Assembly (NCBI GenBank): GCA_017436285.1
Contig: JAFSDL010000013.1
Span: forward strand, 8,096-72,095
DNA from: Clostridia bacterium
GTDB lineage: Bacteria; Bacillota; Clostridia; Oscillospirales; Acutalibacteraceae
Length of the DNA: 64,000 bases
Direction: 5' to 3'
In this document: piece after piece, positions 47,349 to 56,522 of the stretch
Position numbering within the stretch: position 1 is the stretch's first letter
Layout of the letters: the number at the start of each line of letters is the position of its first letter
Translations under genes and position numbers: made by a program
Notes under the pieces: generated by a model
Database searches by the model: none
Told to the model about the DNA's origin: nothing
The model's input: only the letters and a program-made list of their open reading frames with translations

Positions 47349-49595
47349 TTATTTCTCATAAGGTATAACATAGGATGAGCAAGTATCGTCAGAGTATTTC
47401 ACAAAAACAATTTTACCGTTATTGAAAACATTGTAAGCAATATATCCCTTTTCTGTTAAGGATTTAATCTGCAGCTTATCCGTTACCTCTTTTACAGGGG
47501 GCATATAATCGCCTCTTTCGTAGGACTCGAAGCAAACATGACTCCAACCATTATCTATATAAGTAAAGTAAGATTGGTGAACAAGTGCATCCTTTTTGTT
47601 TACAGCCAAAGCGCTATTTTCCCAAGAAATGTATTCTTTAATATCGGCAACCAAAACCTGCTTGATTTCTTTTTTACACTCAAAATGCTCGTACAAGCCT
47701 GTATCCTTCAGAACTTTTACCGTATTTGTCATCTTGGGCGTAATATAGAATTTTGCACCAAAGCTTTCGAAGAATCGTTGATATGTTGCATAGCTGAATG
47801 TGATAGCGCCAATCTGTTCTTCTTCAGGGGTAAACCATTCTGAAGAGTCTAAAGTGCAAATATCCTTATAAATTGCTGTTTTCATTTTGTTGAATTCAGC
47901 TTCTGTGATTTCATCAAGGACAGATTTTGTTTCTAAGTCGCGTGTGGTTATGAGGATATAAGCATCTTCATCATTATAATCCATAATAAAGGGATGTTCA
48001 TAACGCGATGATATGGATGATGAATAATCAAGGCTTTCAACAACATCAGATTTTGGGAAGAAAAAGTTTTTATACAATTCTTTAGCTGCTTTTGTGTTCC
48101 AAAGCTTAAGCATTTCTTTTGTTGCTTCTTCACCCGGGTACGCATATTTTCGGGTAAGTGTAGAGCCATCCTTGAGAGTGTATGTTAAATAAAAGTTTGA
48201 AGAGGTGGGGTTTTCAGTATCTTCAGAAATAATGTTGTGGAGACCGAGAATGGCTTCAATATCCTCTTTATCAGTAATAACCAAAGCAGTATTTGTGTTG
48301 TAGGCATATTGCTGAGTAAAGTCGGCATAGGTTTCGCAAATGTCAGGGAGAAATTCCTGGAATGGTGCTTCCACCCCTATTTTTGTTATTTCTTCTGCCT
48401 TAGGTGTGTTGTGATATGTTCCCAATATGCCGGTTCCACCTAAAATAAGTGCAATACCGATAGTACCAACGACAGCCAAACCACCGACTACAGATGCCTT
48501 TATCTTTTTGAATGTAAAATGTAGTATAAAGCCACACACTAAAGAAGCTATGAAGCCTGCTGCTAAAGATATACAAATTGTAAGAGCTTTTATACTGCTT
48601 GAGATAGTGGGAGAAAAATAGCTGTCTAAATATTCCATAACAAAAGCAGCAACCAAAAGTGGTGCAGTAAAGGAAATCAGCGTAACCATACCTTTGTTAA
48701 TTCCCTTAAAGCCTGAGCTTTCGGGCTTGTAGCTTTTGCTGAAATAATTTTTAACCAAGAACAACACAACTACACTTATTATAATCCAGATTATTGAAAA
48801 GATAATCTGAATAACCGCATCTGAGTTCAAGGGCATATTTATAGGGTGGGCAATATCAAACCCTCTTGAAAAGAAAAGAGAAGAAATAAATATCGGGTCT
48901 GCCTTTACTAAAATATCGGCAGCTTGTGAGTAGAAAGGACCTGCATATCCGAAAAGAGATAAATCGAAGGCTATATCCGTTAAGGTTGCAGTAGCTAAAG
49001 GTAAAAATGCTATTGAAGCAGCCCCTGCAATAGCCTCAATTGTTCTTCCCGTGAATATACAAGCCACAATTGAAATAGTGTAGCAAGCAAGGAATACTCT
49101 GATAACCCTTATAATCTCAAAAAAGAACCAGGAGAACATATCCGCCTTAAAGCCGAAAACCTCTATATTCAATTTCAAAGCAATAGCATAGGGGAGTATA
49201 ATGCAGATAAGTGCTAACGCCAATGGTATAATTAAACGATTTAAAAAGAGCTTGTTTCTCTTTATGCCAAAGCCTAAAAGTGTGGAAGCATATTTCCTTC
49301 TGTGTAAAAATTCAAACTGGGAAATACCTAATGCTAATCCGCCTATTATTGCAAAAAGGAAAACATTTTCGTGCTCACCACAGAAAATATACATAGATGG
49401 TACATCTGATGAATGTAAGTATTGTTCAATGAAATAAGTTGTTTTTCCTGCCATCTTATCCTGCTCGGGATTGAGCACCATAAGGAACATCAGAATTCCG
49501 AATATAACAATCAAGATTGCAGAAATTACGGATATACTGTTTATTAAATCCTTTCTTGCAATTGTTTTATTTAAAGATTGATTTGATTTTTTCAT
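47349..49595 (-). CDS. Large ABC-transporter-associated permease-like membrane protein with ~330-aa C-terminal extracytoplasmic domain
   Basis: It has 10 or more TM helices in the first ~400 aa, then a soluble domain of no recognised family. It overlaps the upstream ATPase gene by 29 nt. Confidence 0.6.
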   Translation of the reverse strand: MKKSNQSLNKTIARKDLINSISVISAILIVIFGILMFLMVLNPEQDKMAGKTTYFIEQYLHSSDVPSMYIFCGEHENVFLFAIIGGLALGISQFEFLHRRKYASTLLGFGIKRNKLFLNRLIIPLALALICIILPYAIALKLNIEVFGFKADMFSWFFFEIIRVIRVFLACYTISIVACIFTGRTIEAIAGAASIAFLPLATATLTDIAFDLSLFGYAGPFYSQAADILVKADPIFISSLFFSRGFDIAHPINMPLNSDAVIQIIFSIIWIIISVVVLFLVKNYFSKSYKPESSGFKGINKGMVTLISFTAPLLVAAFVMEYLDSYFSPTISSSIKALTICISLAAGFIASLVCGFILHFTFKKIKASVVGGLAVVGTIGIALILGGTGILGTYHNTPKAEEITKIGVEAPFQEFLPDICETYADFTQQYAYNTNTALVITDKEDIEAILGLHNIISEDTENPTSSNFYLTYTLKDGSTLTRKYAYPGEEATKEMLKLWNTKAAKELYKNFFFPKSDVVESLDYSSSISSRYEHPFIMDYNDEDAYILITTRDLETKSVLDEITEAEFNKMKTAIYKDICTLDSSEWFTPEEEQIGAITFSYATYQRFFESFGAKFYITPKMTNTVKVLKDTGLYEHFECKKEIKQVLVADIKEYISWENSALAVNKKDALVHQSYFTYIDNGWSHVCFESYERGDYMPPVKEVTDKLQIKSLTEKGYIAYNVFNNGKIVFVKYSDDTCSSYVIPYEK

Positions 49596-50472
49596 TATCA
49601 GTCACAACCTCCGTTTCTTCCGAAAATACCTCTTCTAATGTGAGAAGGCTTGCTTCTATGCTTTCTGCACCTAAGGCGTTGAGCTTCTGCATTTCTGCTT
49701 GGACATCGCCACAGATAATCATTGATACAGCTCTGCCTGAAAGCTTGATTTTGCGGTAATTTATGCCTTTGAAAGTGCTTTCTGTTACAGGTTGATTGAA
49801 CATAATCTTAACTCTTCTGAAATGCTCGCTAACATCCTCAATAGCGCAGTTTAAAATAACATTCTTTCCGTTAATAATTGCAATATGGTCGCAAACCCCT
49901 GAGATTTCACCTAAATCGTGAGAGCTGATAATAACAGATGCACCTGTGTCGTTGATATATTCTAACAAAAGCTTTCTTAAAAGCTCTTTTTTATGTGGGT
50001 CAAGTCCGTCAAAGGTTTCGTCAATAAGAAGATATTTAGGCTTTGTGGCAAAAGCAATTGCAAGTGATGCTTGCTTCTTCATACCCTTTGAAAGACTGCG
50101 GACATTTTTCTTTATATCAAGCCCGAAAATTTCCAGAACAGAACTGAGAATTTTGAAATCAAAGCCCGGAAAATAATTTGCATAAAATTTTGCAGTGCTT
50201 TTGATAGTTGAGCCAACCGGGAAATAAAAATTATCGGAAAGATAGAAAAGGCTTGCTCTTTCCTTTTCATTATCAAAGGCATCCTTGCCGTCTAATAATA
50301 CAGCACCTTTATCAGCTTTGAATATGCCTGCACATACATTTAATAATGTAGTTTTACCGCTACCGTTAAAGCCTGCAAGACCTAATACAGAGGAGTTTTC
50401 AACGGTTATATTAATATCGTTAATAGCCACATAATCACCGTAGCTTTTGGTTACAGATTTAATTTCAATCAT
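49567..50472 (-). CDS. ABC transporter ATP-binding protein
   Basis: It has Walker A GFNGSGKTT, signature LSKGMKKQ and Walker B LLIDETFDGLD. The ATG at 50472 overlaps the GntR stop (ATGA). Confidence 0.9.
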   Translation of the reverse strand: MIEIKSVTKSYGDYVAINDINITVENSSVLGLAGFNGSGKTTLLNVCAGIFKADKGAVLLDGKDAFDNEKERASLFYLSDNFYFPVGSTIKSTAKFYANYFPGFDFKILSSVLEIFGLDIKKNVRSLSKGMKKQASLAIAFATKPKYLLIDETFDGLDPHKKELLRKLLLEYINDTGASVIISSHDLGEISGVCDHIAIINGKNVILNCAIEDVSEHFRRVKIMFNQPVTESTFKGINYRKIKLSGRAVSMIICGDVQAEMQKLNALGAESIEASLLTLEEVFSEETEVVTDNEKIKSIFK

Positions 50473-50842
50473 CGTTATCACCCTTTTCGTAGATAGTTTT
50501 TGCCAGAGCAATAACTCTGTCAAGAGATACGCCTTTTGCTTTTGATGAAGCTAAAATACGAGTTAATTCTGCTTCCGCATTTTCTAAAACAATCTGATTG
50601 GCAACAGCGTTTTCACTTACAAAAACGCCTTTTCCCGGGAGAGAATAGGTAACACGTTCGGTTTCCAATTCCTGAAAAGCACGTTTAACAGTATTGACAT
50701 TCAACTCCAAATCTGATGCTAACTGGCGTATTGAGGGCAATTTGTCGTGGGGGTTAAGCTCGCCGATGTTGATTAAATTAATGATTTGCTCTTTAATCTG
50801 CTCAAAAATCGGTGTTCGACTTCTTTGGTCAATAATTATCAC
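50465..50842 (-). CDS. GntR family (YtrA subfamily) transcriptional regulator
   Basis: It has a winged HTH (PIFEQIKEQIINLINIGELNPHDKLPSIRQLASDLELNVNTVKRAFQELE) and a short C-terminal helix pair typical of YtrA. The GTG start at 50842 is preceded by GGAGGTG. Confidence 0.85.
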   Translation of the reverse strand: MIIIDQRSRTPIFEQIKEQIINLINIGELNPHDKLPSIRQLASDLELNVNTVKRAFQELETERVTYSLPGKGVFVSENAVANQIVLENAEAELTRILASSKAKGVSLDRVIALAKTIYEKGDNDD

Positions 50843-50959
50843 TTCATCACCTCCAATAGTTTGTGCAACTGTGATATCACAACTATTACAGTTATAAAAT
50901 AACACACCCGATTTGATTTGTCAACAATATTTTAGAAATAAAAATTATGAGGTATAAAA

Positions 50960-50988
50960 TAAAACCGCTACTCGAAAGTAGCGGTTAA
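50960..50988 (-). terminator. Rho-independent terminator after the 391-aa secreted protein gene
   Basis: AACCGCTACT-CGAA-AGTAGCGGTT hairpin (50963-50986), followed on the minus strand by TTTTATTTTA. Confidence 0.8.
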
Positions 50989-51011
50989 TTTATTTGAGGG
51001 AGGAGTTATCA

Positions 51012-52187
51012 TTAAAGTGTTGCACCAATTAATTGGAGAAGTATGTTAATATACTCAAATATTACTTTAATAAAATGCATATCAGCAAAAGCAGTATTGA
51101 AATCAGCAGTTCCTACGGTGTCTCTTGTAATTACAGCATTGCAAATGAGACAGTTTGTTGATTCCGTGCCGTTTGACACAAAAGTCTGGTCATTGTTATA
51201 TGTCCAAGAATTTTCGTCAATTTCATGGGGGGTTGCATCATGTGTTTCACCACAACCCTCACAAACAATAGCATGATAACCGGGTTTGTTTGGTGTATAT
51301 TTATATGTTGTGATATTTACATAATCTGCTGACCATTGGTGTTCAACATTAATGGGAGTTTTAAGGATTTCAACACCACTAAGGTAAATAATGGCTTCTG
51401 AATTATCAATTGTAAGGTTTTCTTTGTTGCTGGGATTAAATTTGAACAAGTGTGAAGTGCTATCGTTGTAAGAGAATGTACCGGTAGCACCGGCTGATGT
51501 TGTGATTTCAATCTTCAAACCTGTAGCATCATATTTCTCAGCGTCAGTATAATTGGTTTTTGTTGGTTTTGAAAGTATTGTCGGTTGCGATGCTATTACG
51601 GGGAAATCGTAAAAAACACCTTCCAAATTGAGTTCTGTTGGAACAAAAAGAAGGGCTGTATCACCAAATCCCAAAGAACCGGTTGAAAGTGCGGGAGCAG
51701 AAAAACCGTTGATTGAGATATTGTACTCTAAAGCACCAAAAACACTATTTTCATCAAATGATATAGAGATTGATGAAACAAGTGTGATGTCACTGACTTT
51801 CAGATGATATTCAGGCTCTTTGTCTGCGTTGTAAGTTTCTGCATATTCAATATCAGCATCTCTTTTTTCAAAAACTTCAAAAAAGTCTTCCGGAGATACA
51901 ATATAGTCGCATGAATGTGTTGTACCGCTTATTTCGGTGTAAATTGCTGAAAATGAAGTGATTTCCGCAGTGTAATTCTTGGATGTTCCATCAAGAGAAC
52001 AAATTTTGTTGTCATCTACAGAAAGAGAAATTTGAAAGCTGTCAGGATCTAAAGTGTAATCCGTTGTGATTACTTTAGAATCAGTTGCACTATAACTGAG
52101 ACCTTCAGACGCAGAAACATTAGTAGTTGCAAGACCGGAAAGTAAAGCGACAGTAAGAATTACTGCCAATATTTTTTTGATTTTCAT
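51012..52187 (-). CDS. Secreted/cell-surface protein with Ig-like domain, Cys/His motif module and C-terminal hydrophobic tail (paralogue 1)
   Basis: It has SD GGAGGTG and a signal peptide (MKIKKILAVILTVALLSGLATTNVSA). An Ig-like segment (PTKTNYTDAEKYDATGLKIEI) is followed by VEH...GYHAIVCEGCGETHDATPHE...CLICNAV. It ends in the hydrophobic tail IKVIFEYINILLQLIGATL. Confidence 0.6.
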   Translation of the reverse strand: MKIKKILAVILTVALLSGLATTNVSASEGLSYSATDSKVITTDYTLDPDSFQISLSVDDNKICSLDGTSKNYTAEITSFSAIYTEISGTTHSCDYIVSPEDFFEVFEKRDADIEYAETYNADKEPEYHLKVSDITLVSSISISFDENSVFGALEYNISINGFSAPALSTGSLGFGDTALLFVPTELNLEGVFYDFPVIASQPTILSKPTKTNYTDAEKYDATGLKIEITTSAGATGTFSYNDSTSHLFKFNPSNKENLTIDNSEAIIYLSGVEILKTPINVEHQWSADYVNITTYKYTPNKPGYHAIVCEGCGETHDATPHEIDENSWTYNNDQTFVSNGTESTNCLICNAVITRDTVGTADFNTAFADMHFIKVIFEYINILLQLIGATL

Positions 52188-52208
52188 AATTAAACATACA
52201 CCTCCGAA

Positions 52209-52889
52209 TTAAGAAATGCCAACAAGCATCTGAATTAAGGGAACTAAAATCATATTAATATAAGAGAGTATCATAGCCTCAATTTCGCTCATAGTTTCGC
52301 CTTCAAAAATAGAGCCGAATGTTTCAGAACCGGCAATATTTTTTGTAACTTCAGCATTGCAAATTGAGCAAACTCCTGTTGCTGTTTGTTGTACAAACAA
52401 GCCACCATCATCATTGGGAATCCATTCACTCACGTAATCATAGTCAGCTTTATCATCACATTCATTGGGATTGCTACCTGCAGAATAATCATAGTGCTTT
52501 TCAAAGTTATGAAGAGTACCACAACCGAGGCAATATCTACCGTGACCATTACCGACAACTGTGATTTCGCCCAAAATGTGCTCAACAGTAACAGGAATGC
52601 TACCAACAAGCTCATTATCGTAATAGACATCTACTTTTGTTGTTTCTACTGTTAATAACTCGTCGAGAGAAGGGATGAAACGGAATTTTGCGTCGATAGG
52701 AGTATAATCGATATCAACTCCATCAACATTAACTACAAGACCCTGTGGGATGAAGCATTCAGAATCATTGTATGCTGTTTTGTAAGGCTCGGCAATGATT
52801 TCGCTTGTAGCAGCGAAAGAAGATACTGCGAAAGGCATTACAAGCATAACAACTGCCAGAATGACAGCCAGAGCTTTTTTTGTTTTCAT
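52209..52889 (-). CDS. Secreted/cell-surface protein with Ig-like domain, Cys/His motif module and C-terminal hydrophobic tail (paralogue 2)
   Basis: SD GGAGG is 9 nt before the ATG at 52889 (MKTKKALAVILAVVML). An Ig-like segment (EPYKTAYNDSECFIPQGLVVNV) is followed by VEH...GHGRYCLGCGTLHNFEKH...CSICNAEV. The tail is ILSYINMILVPLIQMLVGIS. Confidence 0.6.
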   Translation of the reverse strand: MKTKKALAVILAVVMLVMPFAVSSFAATSEIIAEPYKTAYNDSECFIPQGLVVNVDGVDIDYTPIDAKFRFIPSLDELLTVETTKVDVYYDNELVGSIPVTVEHILGEITVVGNGHGRYCLGCGTLHNFEKHYDYSAGSNPNECDDKADYDYVSEWIPNDDGGLFVQQTATGVCSICNAEVTKNIAGSETFGSIFEGETMSEIEAMILSYINMILVPLIQMLVGIS

Positions 52890-53050
52890 GATAATTTCCT
52901 CCAAAATATCTTTATATGTACCGATATTATAACACAGTTATTTCCAAATGTAAATACACAAAATGCAGTTAATTTATTATATAAAATGTATAAATATTGG
53001 GGTTTGGTAAATTTTAGTGCCAAAACGCCATTTTTATTCTTAAAATTATG

Positions 53051-53079
53051 TTGACGAAATATATCAGGATAAGTATAAT
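53051..53079 (+). promoter_or_regulatory. Sigma-70-type promoter for nrdG
   Basis: TTGACG (53051-53056), a 17-nt spacer, then TATAAT (53074-53079); this is 17 nt upstream of the nrdG ATG. Confidence 0.6.
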
Positions 53080-53095
53080 TTTATCGGTGATAAAA

Positions 53096-53785
53096 ATGTT
53101 AATTAAAGGCTTTCAGAAGCTTACTTTATTGGATTTTCCGGGAAGAACCGCTTGCACTGTTTTTACAGGGGGCTGTAATCTTCGTTGTCCCTTTTGCCAC
53201 AACGCCTTGCTTGTAACGGGAATGGATGAGGATTATTTTACGGAAGAAGAGATTTTTGAGCATTTGGAAAAAAGGAAAAATGTTCTTGACGGTATTGCAA
53301 TTACAGGGGGAGAACCTCTTTTGCAAAAGGATATTGAGCGATTTTTGTATGAACTTAAGGAAACCGGTATTGCAGTAAAGCTTGATACAAATGGTTGCTA
53401 TCCCGAAAAGCTTGACGGAATTCTTCAATTAGGTCTTGCGGACTATGTTGCTATGGATATAAAAAATTGTCCCGAAAAATACGGTGTAACGGTTGGTATT
53501 GAAAATTTTGATATAACGCCTGTTGAAAAAAGTATTGAGTTGCTGAAAAACAGTGGTGTGGAATATGAATTCAGAACTACTGTTACAGAAAATTTTCATA
53601 CTGTTGATGATATTGAAAGGCTTGCACAATGGATTCAGGGGACTGAACGCTATTTTCTTCAGAACTTTGTTGACTCGGGGATGCTGATAGATAGCTCCTG
53701 TAAGGGTGTGAGTAAGGCAACAATGTATGAAATGCTTGAAAAGGTGAAGAAATACATTCCTGATGCACAAATCAGGGGGATTTAG
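53096..53785 (+). CDS. nrdG: Anaerobic ribonucleoside-triphosphate reductase activating protein (radical SAM)
   Basis: It has FQKLTLLDFPGRTACTVFTGGCNLRCPFCHN (the CxxxCxxC cluster) and ITGGEPLLQ. I chose the ATG at 53096 over 53048. Confidence 0.9.
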   Translation: MLIKGFQKLTLLDFPGRTACTVFTGGCNLRCPFCHNALLVTGMDEDYFTEEEIFEHLEKRKNVLDGIAITGGEPLLQKDIERFLYELKETGIAVKLDTNGCYPEKLDGILQLGLADYVAMDIKNCPEKYGVTVGIENFDITPVEKSIELLKNSGVEYEFRTTVTENFHTVDDIERLAQWIQGTERYFLQNFVDSGMLIDSSCKGVSKATMYEMLEKVKKYIPDAQIRGI

Positions 53786-53807
53786 TTTTTTAAAATTCCA
53801 ATATATA

Positions 53808-53843
53808 CCACAATATATTGTTTCAAAACACAATATGTTGTGG
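53808..53843. promoter_or_regulatory. NrdR boxes 1 and 2
   Basis: CCACAATATATTGTTT (53808-53823) and ACACAATATGTTGTGG (53828-53843) each match 14 of 16 positions of the NrdR palindrome acaCwAtATaTwGtgt. Confidence 0.7.
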
Positions 53844-53933
53844 TATTATTTTTCTGTTTTGGAATATCGACAAAAAAATACACAAAAAGACAATGGAATA
53901 ACTGTGTATATTTACTATATTTTCACAAAAAGT

Positions 53934-54028
53934 CAACAATATCTTGTGTTTTTCTCGGAATGTTCCCGAAAATAAACACAAGATATTGTGTTTTTTCTAT
54001 TGACAAAACACAAGGTATCTGTTATTAT
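53934..54028 (+). promoter_or_regulatory. NrdR boxes 3-5 overlapping the nrdD promoter
   Basis: The boxes are CAACAATATCTTGTGT (53934-49, 13/16), ACACAAGATATTGTGT (53976-91, 15/16) and ACACAAGGTATCTGTT (54008-23, 12/16). The promoter is -35 TTGACA (54000-05), a 17-nt spacer, and -10 TATTAT (54023-28). Box 5 fills the spacer, and boxes 4 and 5 are 32 bp apart. Confidence 0.75.
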
Positions 54029-54102
54029 CATTTACGGTCGCTTCAGAATTGATGTGTAGCTCTGAAGCAAACAGAAATATAAAATACGAAAGAGGGAGAA
54101 TT

Positions 54103-56484
54103 ATGTATCAGGTAATTAAACGTGACGGCAAAATTGCAGATTTTAATATTGAAAAAATCGCAATTGCTATCAAACAGGCTTTTGAAGCTTGCAACAAACA
54201 GTATAATGACAATATCATCGATTTCCTTGCACTCAAGGTAACAGCAAACTTTGAACCCAAAATCAGCAACAATCTTGTTGCAGTTGAGGATGTTCAGGAT
54301 AGTGTTGAGTCTGTTCTTGTTCAGGCAGGCTATGCAGATGTTGCAAAGGCATACATTCTTTACAGAAAAAACCGTGAAAAAATCCGTAATATGAAATCAA
54401 CAATCCTTGACTATAAGGACCTTGTTGACAGCTATGTTAAGGTTACTGACTGGCGTGTTAAAGAAAACTCCACAGTTACTTATTCAGTAGGTGGTCTTAT
54501 TCTTTCAAACTCAGGTGCTATTACTGCTAACTATTGGCTTTCTGAGGTTTATGATGAAGAGGTTGCTAACGCACATCGTAGCGGTGACCTTCATATTCAC
54601 GACCTTTCAATGCTCACAGGCTACTGTGCAGGTTGGTCTCTCAAACAGCTTATTCAGGAGGGTCTTGGCGGTGTTGCCGGTAAGATTACATCTGCTCCTG
54701 CAAGCCACCTTGCAACTCTTTGCAACCAGATGGTAAACTTCCTTGGTATTATGCAGAATGAATGGGCAGGTGCTCAGGCTTTCTCATCCTTTGACACATA
54801 TCTTGCTCCCTTTGTTAAGGTTGATAACCTTGATTACAAGCAGGTAAAAAAATGTATTGAGTCCTTCATTTTTGGTGTAAATACACCTTCACGTTGGGGT
54901 ACTCAGGCACCCTTCTCAAATATCACTCTTGACTGGACAGTTCCTGCTGACCTTAAGGATATGCCCGCTATTGTAGGCGGTAAGGAAATGGATTTCACTT
55001 ACGGCGATTGTAAGAAGGAAATGGATATGGTCAACAAGGCCTTCATTGAAATTATGATTGAAGGCGATGCTCACGGACGTGGCTTCCAGTATCCCATTCC
55101 CACATATTCAATTACAAGTGATTTTGACTGGTCTGAAACAGAGAACAACAAGCTTCTCTTTGAAATGACTGCAAAATACGGTACTCCCTATTTCTCAAAC
55201 TATGTTAACTCAGATATGGAGCCCAGCGATGTTCGTTCAATGTGTTGCAGACTTCGTCTTGACCTTCGTGAGCTTCGTAAAAAGAGCGGCGGCTTCTTCG
55301 GTAGCGGTGAAAGCACAGGCTCTATCGGTGTTGTAACAATTAACCTTCCCAGAATTGCATATCTTGCAGAGGATGCTGCGGATTTCTATAAGAGACTCGA
55401 TAAGCTTATGGATATCGCTGCCCGTTCACTTAAGGTTAAGAGAGATATTATCACAAAGCTTCTTGATGAAGGTCTTTATCCCTACACAAAGAGATACCTG
55501 GGAACCTTCAACAACCACTTCTCAACTATCGGCCTTATCGGTATGAATGAGGTTGGTCTCAATGCAAAATGGCTCCGTAAGGATATGACAAATAAAGAAA
55601 CTCAGGAGTTTGCAAAAGATGTTCTCAACCATATGAGAGAAAGACTTTCAGATTATCAGGAGCTTTACGGCGACCTTTATAACCTTGAAGCAACTCCCGC
55701 TGAATCCACAACATATCGTTTCGCAATGCACGATAAAAAGCACTATCCTGCAATTATCACCGCTAACGAAAACGGTACTCCCTACTACACCAACTCTTCA
55801 CATCTTCCCGTTGGTTACACTGCAGATATTTTCGAAGCTCTTGATGCACAGGATGAGCTCCATACTCTTTATACATCAGGTACTGTTTTCCATGCATTCC
55901 TTGGCGAAAAGCTTCCTGATTGGAAGGCTGCAGCAGATATCGTAAGAAAAATTGCTTCTAACTACAGACTTCCTTATTATTCAATTTCACCCACATATTC
56001 CGTATGCTGCAACCACGGTTATATTGCAGGTGAAGAATACACCTGTCCCGATTGCGGTAATGATACAGAGGTTTACAGTCGTATCACAGGCTACTACCGT
56101 CCCGTTCAGAACTTTAATGATGGTAAGGCACAGGAATTCAAGGACAGAAAGGTTTACGATGTTTTCAATTCAAGCCTCAAAAAAGAAGATAGAACAGTTG
56201 ACCACGCACACTGTGCTTGCGGTTGTGAAGAAAAATCAATTGCAACAGATAAGGATGCACGATTTGTTCTTTTCGCAACAAAGACCTGTCCTAAATGCAA
56301 AATAGCTGCTCAGCTTCTTGAAAAAGCAGGTATCGCATACGAAAAGCTTTTCGTTGAAGATAATGTTCAGCTTGCAACAGAATTAGCACTTAAACAGGCT
56401 CCCACACTTGTTATCTACAAGGGTGATATTGCAGAAAAAATTGCAGACCTTCCTGCAATTAAAACATTTATCGAATCACTTTAA
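54103..56484 (+). CDS. nrdD: Anaerobic ribonucleoside-triphosphate reductase (class III) with C-terminal glutaredoxin/thioredoxin-like extension
   Basis: It has an N-terminal ATP-cone (MYQVIKRDGKIADFNIEKI). The finger loop is SMCCRLRLD, the Zn site is CCNHGY...CPDCG and the glycyl-radical motif is SRITGYYRPV. About 100 further residues include HAHCACGC and RFVLFATKTCPKCKIAAQLLEKAGIAYE (56260-56481). SD AGGGAG precedes the ATG at 54103. Confidence 0.95.
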   Translation: MYQVIKRDGKIADFNIEKIAIAIKQAFEACNKQYNDNIIDFLALKVTANFEPKISNNLVAVEDVQDSVESVLVQAGYADVAKAYILYRKNREKIRNMKSTILDYKDLVDSYVKVTDWRVKENSTVTYSVGGLILSNSGAITANYWLSEVYDEEVANAHRSGDLHIHDLSMLTGYCAGWSLKQLIQEGLGGVAGKITSAPASHLATLCNQMVNFLGIMQNEWAGAQAFSSFDTYLAPFVKVDNLDYKQVKKCIESFIFGVNTPSRWGTQAPFSNITLDWTVPADLKDMPAIVGGKEMDFTYGDCKKEMDMVNKAFIEIMIEGDAHGRGFQYPIPTYSITSDFDWSETENNKLLFEMTAKYGTPYFSNYVNSDMEPSDVRSMCCRLRLDLRELRKKSGGFFGSGESTGSIGVVTINLPRIAYLAEDAADFYKRLDKLMDIAARSLKVKRDIITKLLDEGLYPYTKRYLGTFNNHFSTIGLIGMNEVGLNAKWLRKDMTNKETQEFAKDVLNHMRERLSDYQELYGDLYNLEATPAESTTYRFAMHDKKHYPAIITANENGTPYYTNSSHLPVGYTADIFEALDAQDELHTLYTSGTVFHAFLGEKLPDWKAAADIVRKIASNYRLPYYSISPTYSVCCNHGYIAGEEYTCPDCGNDTEVYSRITGYYRPVQNFNDGKAQEFKDRKVYDVFNSSLKKEDRTVDHAHCACGCEEKSIATDKDARFVLFATKTCPKCKIAAQLLEKAGIAYEKLFVEDNVQLATELALKQAPTLVIYKGDIAEKIADLPAIKTFIESL

Positions 56485-56490
56485 TTTAAA

Positions 56491-56520
56491 AATTACCGTC
56501 CTAACGGGCGGTAATTTTTC
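56491..56520 (+). terminator. Rho-independent terminator after nrdD
   Basis: An 11-bp stem (AATTACCGTCC and GGGCGGTAATT) with TAAC loop spans 56491-56516 and is followed by TTTTC. Confidence 0.85.
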
Positions 56521-56522
56521 AA

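Noticed and set aside
54049-54102. N-terminal extensions offered by the ORF track for nrdD (54049). The same applies to malQ (40557), fnlC (23698), nrdG (53048), zapA (7857), the histidine phosphatase (3613), the ABC ATPase (50523), GntR (50905), ddl (63027) and the PglC-like transferase (35711).
   Set aside because: In each case a downstream start codon has a properly spaced SD and gives the canonical family N-terminus. The upstream extension is AT-rich promoter or spacer sequence.
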